64,000 nucleotides of DNA, from positions 27,508 through 91,507 of the IMG/VR virus record IMGVR_UViG_3300043425_001634; one strand, written 5' to 3'. This stretch comes from a virus. The first letter of the stretch is position 1, and every line of letters begins with the position of its first letter. The notes under the pieces are model-generated. The model was not told the origin of the DNA. It worked only from the letters and a program-made list of their open reading frames with translations, and ran no database searches. This document shows positions 58,519 to 64,000 of this stretch, piece by piece. Position numbers and translations under genes: made by a program.

Positions 58519-58767
58519 ATGAGTTGGCGTTTAAGTGAGATTATGGCTCGGCATGGGATCAAAGGGATTCAGTTGGCCAAAAAACTGGGGATTTCCGATA
58601 ATACGGTATCGAAACTCCGAACGGCGCAAGAGATGCCCTATTTGTCAGGGCAAAAGCTAAATCAACTTTGCGACGCCTTGAACGATTTGATCTGGGAATC
58701 GGGGCAAAGTAGTAGCATCATTGCCCCATCTGATTTGATTACTTATAGCTACAAGCGAACAAGATAG
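58519..58767 (+). CDS. Cro/C1-type HTH regulator (HTH_26-like)
   Basis: WRLSEIMARHGIKGIQLAKKLGISDNTVSKLR...MP.LSG..L..LC. Confidence 0.85.
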   Translation: MSWRLSEIMARHGIKGIQLAKKLGISDNTVSKLRTAQEMPYLSGQKLNQLCDALNDLIWESGQSSSIIAPSDLITYSYKRTR

Positions 58768-58771
58768 CTAT

Positions 58772-58808
58772 AAATAAATCCTCTCTTGTCAGGGAGAGGA
58801 TTTATTTT
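58772..58808. terminator. bidirectional intrinsic terminator
   Basis: AAATAAATCCTCTC / GAGAGGATTTATTT. Confidence 0.7.
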
Positions 58809-61225
58809 CTTTGGTGGCGGTGATTAGTAATCGCTACCGATCCACTTTCTTTCAATCGCTACAACTTGATTGATTAGATCGCAGACAGCGCGATCTTTGA
58901 AAACCAGGTGGACTGTCCCGACTCCGAACGCTCGGATTTTAAAGAAGGTAGATTCAAATTGCTCCTCTGTACCGAAGCCCTTAATTACATCTGCGGTCTG
59001 CGTAATTTCCGAGAAATTTTTTCCGGTTACGATGCAGCAAATTTTGTCAATATCCGCTAATTTTTTTCAGCGTGATAATCGACGAAGTTCATAGAACTCT
59101 TGCAGTAAGGGATGATTACCTTGTAGTTAAGCTTTGATGCTTTGTTGGTTTTCCATCCTTTATAGGCGATCGTATTTTTGGCATGGTAGCGGGTTAATCC
59201 GTCAAAAACTTTAATTACCGAGTCAACGTCGATTTGTTTTTTGTTCTCCCAAAACATCAATAAGAGACTGCGGATATTCTCCTCATTAAATGCCATTAAT
59301 TCCTGTTCTTTTTGGAATTCGTCGAACTTCTCTATAAAGTCGGAGGTGGAAGCATCACGCAACTCGGTACGCCGAAAAACTTCATCCCAGAACCGCGCTT
59401 TTAGATATTTCGCTTCTTTCTCAAAGGAATTATGACGATCGCGTTCGCTTGATTCTGCTTTTGATTGGGTACTCTCCCAATCCCGCAAGCCGATCCCCTG
59501 GAGGGCAAAATCTAACTTAGCTTGCGCCACAAACTTTTCTCGCAGGGCATCGAGTGCAAGTTCGTATTGATGAACCAAGGTAACGATAATATCAGATCGC
59601 CCCAGTCCTGCGGTGGTGGGCTGCGCGATCGCACTTTCAAAGTCCTCTTTAGTAAATGTTTGAGAACGATTCTCATTCTCAAATTTAAATTTGAATTCTT
59701 GGGGGGACTGCTTTGGTTTATCTAGAGTAATCATTTGAATCGGGCAATCCGTGGATCGTCCCGCAAATTCAAAGCAAGATCCAAGGCTTTTGCTTTTGCC
59801 GTGGAGTCGGATTAATTCCGCCAGCCTTACATTCTTTGTAAAGCGTGGAGTTTCTGGCAATAAAGCCACGATCCGTCCCCCTGGTTTGAGTATTTCCCAA
59901 GCGTGGAAAATGTGAGCCAGACCGCTGGAAAATGGCGGATTCATAATGATTGAGGGGCAACACTCCCGCTCATTGAAAGTCAGAAAATCATTGCCTACCA
60001 ATAGGTACTCCTTGCCTTTCAGCGTTGCGGCCAAATCTGGATCGATTTCGATCCCCCGAAGCTGATTTTTGCGATCGCTGCCGTATTTGTCAACATAAAC
60101 AGCGATTGCATCCAATAGATTCCCCTTTCCTGCGCTAGGGTCAAGCACAGGGAAAACTAATTTGATGTCGCGATCGCGCTTTAGTTCCGCCGCCATTTTA
60201 TCGGCGATCTTCTTCGGTGTGGGATAGAATTGGTGAGCGAAGACAAATGCTTTATAGCACTGATCTTTTTCCTCGTCGTTAATACCGGTGTCTACCGTGG
60301 CGGTGGTATCGGTATCGGTATCGGTATCGGTATTGGTATCGGTAACTTCTGCCTTTATTATGGCGTCAGCGCTAGGGGCATCTTCTAGGTTGCGCTCCCC
60401 ATAATAAAAACCAAACTTGTTAAAACGCTCTAGGATACAGATATAGATATCGCTCAATAAACAATCTGCCGTTCCTATTACTGGGTTGGATTCGTAGACA
60501 GATTTAGCAAAAGTGATCGCCTCATCGCTCCATTTGTGCTCGTAGTTAAAGCGATACTCAAAATCTACTGACTCCAGCACACTTATAACATCAGCCTTTC
60601 TTGGACCATCAACCCAGGAAATTGTTATGCTTTCTTCTGTGTACATTGATTTGTACTTTCTAGTCTTAAACTCGCAGAGTTTAAAAACAGTTTTTAAAAT
60701 TTTCTTAATTTTGTTAGCAGATTTTGACTTTTCTCTTTTTTCCTGTGGCGGCAACAAGTGATCCAGCCCGACTCCTCGCGGCGGCTCGACGTTGGCGAAT
60801 TTCTCTTTATTTTCGCTTAAGTAACGAGATAATTGAGCATAATTTTTAACCACCAGTCCATTAGCGTGATCAATTATTATCGATCTGCCTAGCGGTTCAA
60901 GATTATCAGGCTCCAAAGGAAAATCAGAGGAACAAAATTTATTAATCCTTAACGATTTCCATAAGGCCAATAATATCCCCGTGCTGGCTAATGGTGAGTC
61001 AGTTATAAAGTTTAACGTTTTGTTGTCGGCCAATGTATCCATATCTAAATCATCATATTTGATGATTTGATCATCATTCTGTGTCATTGCTGTCATCTCT
61101 GCCATTTCGTTGATCAGAGATTCGATATCTGTAAATAGTTTTAGCATTGTTTGACTCCATTTATTTGGTGGTGGATAGAGGCGATCGCCAGTTTGATATG
61201 GTGGTGGCGATCGCGTGTCGGTCAA
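58802..61225 (-). CDS. polyvalent N6-adenine methyltransferase with DUF4942-like C-terminus, frameshifted at an A7 tract
   Basis: QFYPTP, LDPSAGKG, IIMNPPF, GWKTN; conserved tail LADIDK..FESTFFKIR.F..GT.HL.FKD lies in another frame after 59061-59067; ITISWVDGP (LPD29-like); (TD)n linker. Confidence 0.75.
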
Positions 61226-61770
61226 AGCTTCTGCAATTCTTTAAAAAGCTTTAATCTGGTTTTTTCGGATCCGTGCGATTTCACATATAGGCAGTAATCA
61301 AAATATGAGAATCCCTTGATCCTCATGTATTCGTTGGGGTGATCCCTTAAAAGGAGATCGTCCTTTTTTGTCTCTATTAAAGCAATCAAATTTTCTAGCC
61401 TTGACTGCTTTTTAGTTTTTTCCAGTCCTTTTATGGCACTGTTTACTTTCGCCGTGATCGGATCTGAAAGGTCAAAAGCCTTTTTAATACAGTCAGATCC
61501 AACCTTAAATACTAATCCGTCGCTAGATTGTAGGCTGAATTCAAACTTCAATCCGTTACCGCAATAATCGCAGCATCCCACGGGAGTTATATGTCCGTTG
61601 GGGTAAGTGTAGATTTTTTCTTTTACCCCTAGATAGGAGTATGGATATTTGCCTAGTCCCTTTTTCTCGAATGGGTGCAATGCCCCTAGCTTTAACTCGT
61701 CTATGATTTTTTCCAGTTCTTTAAAAAACTGGATTTTTCTTAATTCTTTTGTCATTCTTTTTTTCCACAA
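61222..61770 (-). CDS. hypothetical protein with Cys motif
   Basis: CDYCG..LK......SSDG..FKVGSDCI. Confidence 0.7.
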   Translation of the reverse strand: MWKKRMTKELRKIQFFKELEKIIDELKLGALHPFEKKGLGKYPYSYLGVKEKIYTYPNGHITPVGCCDYCGNGLKFEFSLQSSDGLVFKVGSDCIKKAFDLSDPITAKVNSAIKGLEKTKKQSRLENLIALIETKKDDLLLRDHPNEYMRIKGFSYFDYCLYVKSHGSEKTRLKLFKELQKL

Positions 61771-62903
61771 TTAACAGTTTTGACTACCATTTTATGATCA
61801 GCGACATTAATAGTGGTTACGGATTTATTTTCTTTACTCATAATTTCATGGGTTTCTATTTCCATCTTTATCATTCCTTTATTGATAGAATGATCAACCT
61901 TCATGGAACCCACTTTTCTAATGGCTTCTAATAAATACCTGGGATTTACAGAAACATTAATCTCAGATTCAATGACCGCAAGGTTAGTTATTGACAATTG
62001 CTGATTTAGATCCATATCCCCGTCAATAATTTTTATGGACAGGGTATCACTGCTTAAGGTGATATCAACAGGATTGTGTTTATATGCTTGACTGTTCGTT
62101 TGAGACAATACTTTGGTTAATAAAATTTTATTAACCAAAAATCCTTTAATATTTAGGCAGTTTATCTCAGGGTCGATCATTAAAGATTTAATGACGTTAA
62201 CGACCGATTCGATATTTTTAATTTCGGCATCCGATCTCTCTGTTTTTACAATCCAATTGCCAATACTCAGTAATTGAATAGAGTGATCTGCCGTGGCTTC
62301 AATCCGTAGTGATTTATCACCATCTTTAACAGATTTGATAAATTCAATTATCAGCGGGTTAAAACTCGCAACACAACCATCCGTTAAGGAATCTGGTAAT
62401 TCATATTTAGCAACTCTATGACCATCACAACTGGCAATACAGCTATTGATTATGTAGAGATTTTTTAACTTAGCTGCTTTGTCGGATTTATTATTGGCAC
62501 GAAATGGCTCTATTAATTTTATGCCGTTTAAAAATTCCTCTAAATTTGTACAGTAATTAGAAAAATTATTGTCAGTAGATTTTACTTTGGTGGTGGGAAT
62601 AAATCTAACTAAGATATCTTGTATTTTTGCCAGGTTTCTGGCAAAAATTGATAGCTCAATACAACTAGATTCGCTGTATTCTGTTGATATTCGCTTAAAT
62701 TTTTCAGCTTCAATGAAAATTGAAAAATTTCTATCAGCAGGTGTCACTATATCGATATTAGCGATATAGCTTATGTTTCCATAAGTAACAACTAAATTAG
62801 GGTTATGTTGATCGATGTTTGTATCGATCTGAATGTATTTGCCATGAGAAGCGAAATTTTCCGCCTCTAGAATTTTGAAAAAATTAGCAGTGTTAATTAG
62901 CAT
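61752..62903 (-). CDS. divergent second beta-clamp (DnaN-like) protein
   Basis: 383 aa; SCDGHRVA and VNPRYLLEAI match clamp motifs ATDGHRLA and N..Y....L. Confidence 0.7.
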   Translation of the reverse strand: MLINTANFFKILEAENFASHGKYIQIDTNIDQHNPNLVVTYGNISYIANIDIVTPADRNFSIFIEAEKFKRISTEYSESSCIELSIFARNLAKIQDILVRFIPTTKVKSTDNNFSNYCTNLEEFLNGIKLIEPFRANNKSDKAAKLKNLYIINSCIASCDGHRVAKYELPDSLTDGCVASFNPLIIEFIKSVKDGDKSLRIEATADHSIQLLSIGNWIVKTERSDAEIKNIESVVNVIKSLMIDPEINCLNIKGFLVNKILLTKVLSQTNSQAYKHNPVDITLSSDTLSIKIIDGDMDLNQQLSITNLAVIESEINVSVNPRYLLEAIRKVGSMKVDHSINKGMIKMEIETHEIMSKENKSVTTINVADHKMVVKTVNCGKKE

Positions 62904-62926
62904 GGTGGTGATTTAGTGGTAGTAAT

Positions 62927-63595
62927 TTAATTGTGGCAACGCAATGCCATCATCAGATAGATGGCATTTTTGATTGTTTTTAGTTTGTAAGTGGCTTTAC
63001 TAGATTCCGCTTTAAAGGTAATGATGATTTCCTTTAAGTCATCGTTATTGTCAGCGATCATCTTTAGCTGACGTTCATTTTTACCGGACAATTTTAGTCC
63101 AGTCTGTCCCTCTATTTGGCTGATTATTTCAGCCTTAATGTCTGCTGATAACATGGTCTTATCAGTCTTGTCATATAGACTAATCACTTTCTGTGACTCA
63201 TATTTTTGTTTATTACCAATCAATCCATCTAGCCCAATCTCCCTCGGTGGCTGTATGTTAATCACTTCAGAAGATTGCAGCAGATAGTTCATTAACTCTA
63301 AGTAAGTGCCTAAAATCTTGTTGTATCCAACTACCAGTTTTTCTGGTAGGGGACAATCATTTTCCTTGTAATACTTAGCTAGATCCCACAATTCATCTTG
63401 GGACAAATTGTGGTAACATAAATTCAATTCTTGCCATAGCGTGATCAACAACTTACCCGGTAACACAACGACCAAGGAATTGTCATTGTATTGTAATTTT
63501 GTGGTTTGAATTGTTAGCGACTTGTATCCGATGGTAATTAAAGCTTCAATCTCTTTAAAAAGAGATTGACTAGATAATATTTTTGCCGCCGTCAT
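62927..63595 (-). CDS. hypothetical protein
   Basis: 222 aa with GGAG RBS. Confidence 0.7.
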   Translation of the reverse strand: MTAAKILSSQSLFKEIEALITIGYKSLTIQTTKLQYNDNSLVVVLPGKLLITLWQELNLCYHNLSQDELWDLAKYYKENDCPLPEKLVVGYNKILGTYLELMNYLLQSSEVINIQPPREIGLDGLIGNKQKYESQKVISLYDKTDKTMLSADIKAEIISQIEGQTGLKLSGKNERQLKMIADNNDDLKEIIITFKAESSKATYKLKTIKNAIYLMMALRCHN

Positions 63596-63672
63596 TTTGC
63601 TTTCTCCAAAATCAGGGATTAATCATGGTACTTACTCACAATGTTTATGAGTAAGTACCATTACCTTTACCT

Positions 63673-64000
63673 TTACGCTCCGATCAACTCCACAAGTTCA
63701 GTATCAGTTAATCCCCGGCGGAAATCCACGATCGCATCATTTATGATGCTTATCGCTAGGCATTGATGCTCGACGACCCAAAGCATCCCATAGCTATTTA
63801 AAAGCCACTGGGATTTAACGTTGTTTAATTTTTTGATGTCATCTTTGATGGCATTAATATCAAAATTAAAAGTAGTTCGTTTATAAGCGATCGCGGTGGT
63901 GGATTCGGAGGCGATCGCGGTGGTGGATTCGGAGGCGATCGCGGTGGTGGATTCGGAGGCGATCGCGGTGGTGGATTCGGAGGCGATCGCGGTGGTGGAT
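63673..64000 (-). CDS. hypothetical protein, partial, with SESTTAIA tandem repeats
   Basis: Open frame from the window end to TAA at 63673-63675. Confidence 0.55.
   Translation of the reverse strand, partial: STTAIASESTTAIASESTTAIASESTTAIASESTTAIAYKRTTFNFDINAIKDDIKKLNNVKSQWLLNSYGMLWVVEHQCLAISIINDAIVDFRRGLTDTELVELIGA
63888..64000. repeat. 24-bp tandem repeat containing HIP1
   Basis: (GCGATCGCGGTGGTGGATTCGGAG) x at least 4.7; runs off the window. Confidence 0.95.

Overview
The whole window reads as part of a large temperate phage or phage-plasmid of a cyanobacterium. The HIP1 octamer GCGATCGC is frequent and there is no contiguous block of host housekeeping genes. It carries a scrambled virion module: terminase, portal and minor head at about 47-51 kb, and prohead protease, major capsid, tail tube, tail chaperone (with a lambda-type GGGAAAG -1 frameshift) and tail fibre at about 2.7-13.3 kb. 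It also has a primase/helicase-type replication protein, a tyrosine integrase plus excisionase next to a tRNA(CAT) 3'-half att core, and nucleotide metabolism genes (intein-containing ThyX, Tmk, class II RNR, MazG). There are two beta-clamp (DnaN) homologues, many DNA-modification genes, an IS1-family element and four paralogous Cro-like HTH regulators. The most unusual signals are: (1) a ~500-nt highly structured non-coding region behind a strong promoter at 55.8-56.3 kb; (2) four identical 84-bp structured repeats that bracket a gene like a cassette at 57.6-58.4 kb; (3) two tRNA-derived att cores in direct repeat enclosing the replication gene; (4) a 17-12-17 palindrome with a compensatory change, present inside the rep gene and again 40 kb away; (5) a membrane protein / P-loop ATPase / M23-muramidase operon resembling a DNA-transfer machine; (6) QL[S/D/N]LF clamp-binding motifs on most DNA-modification enzymes. 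All family assignments come from motif recognition by eye; no searches were run.
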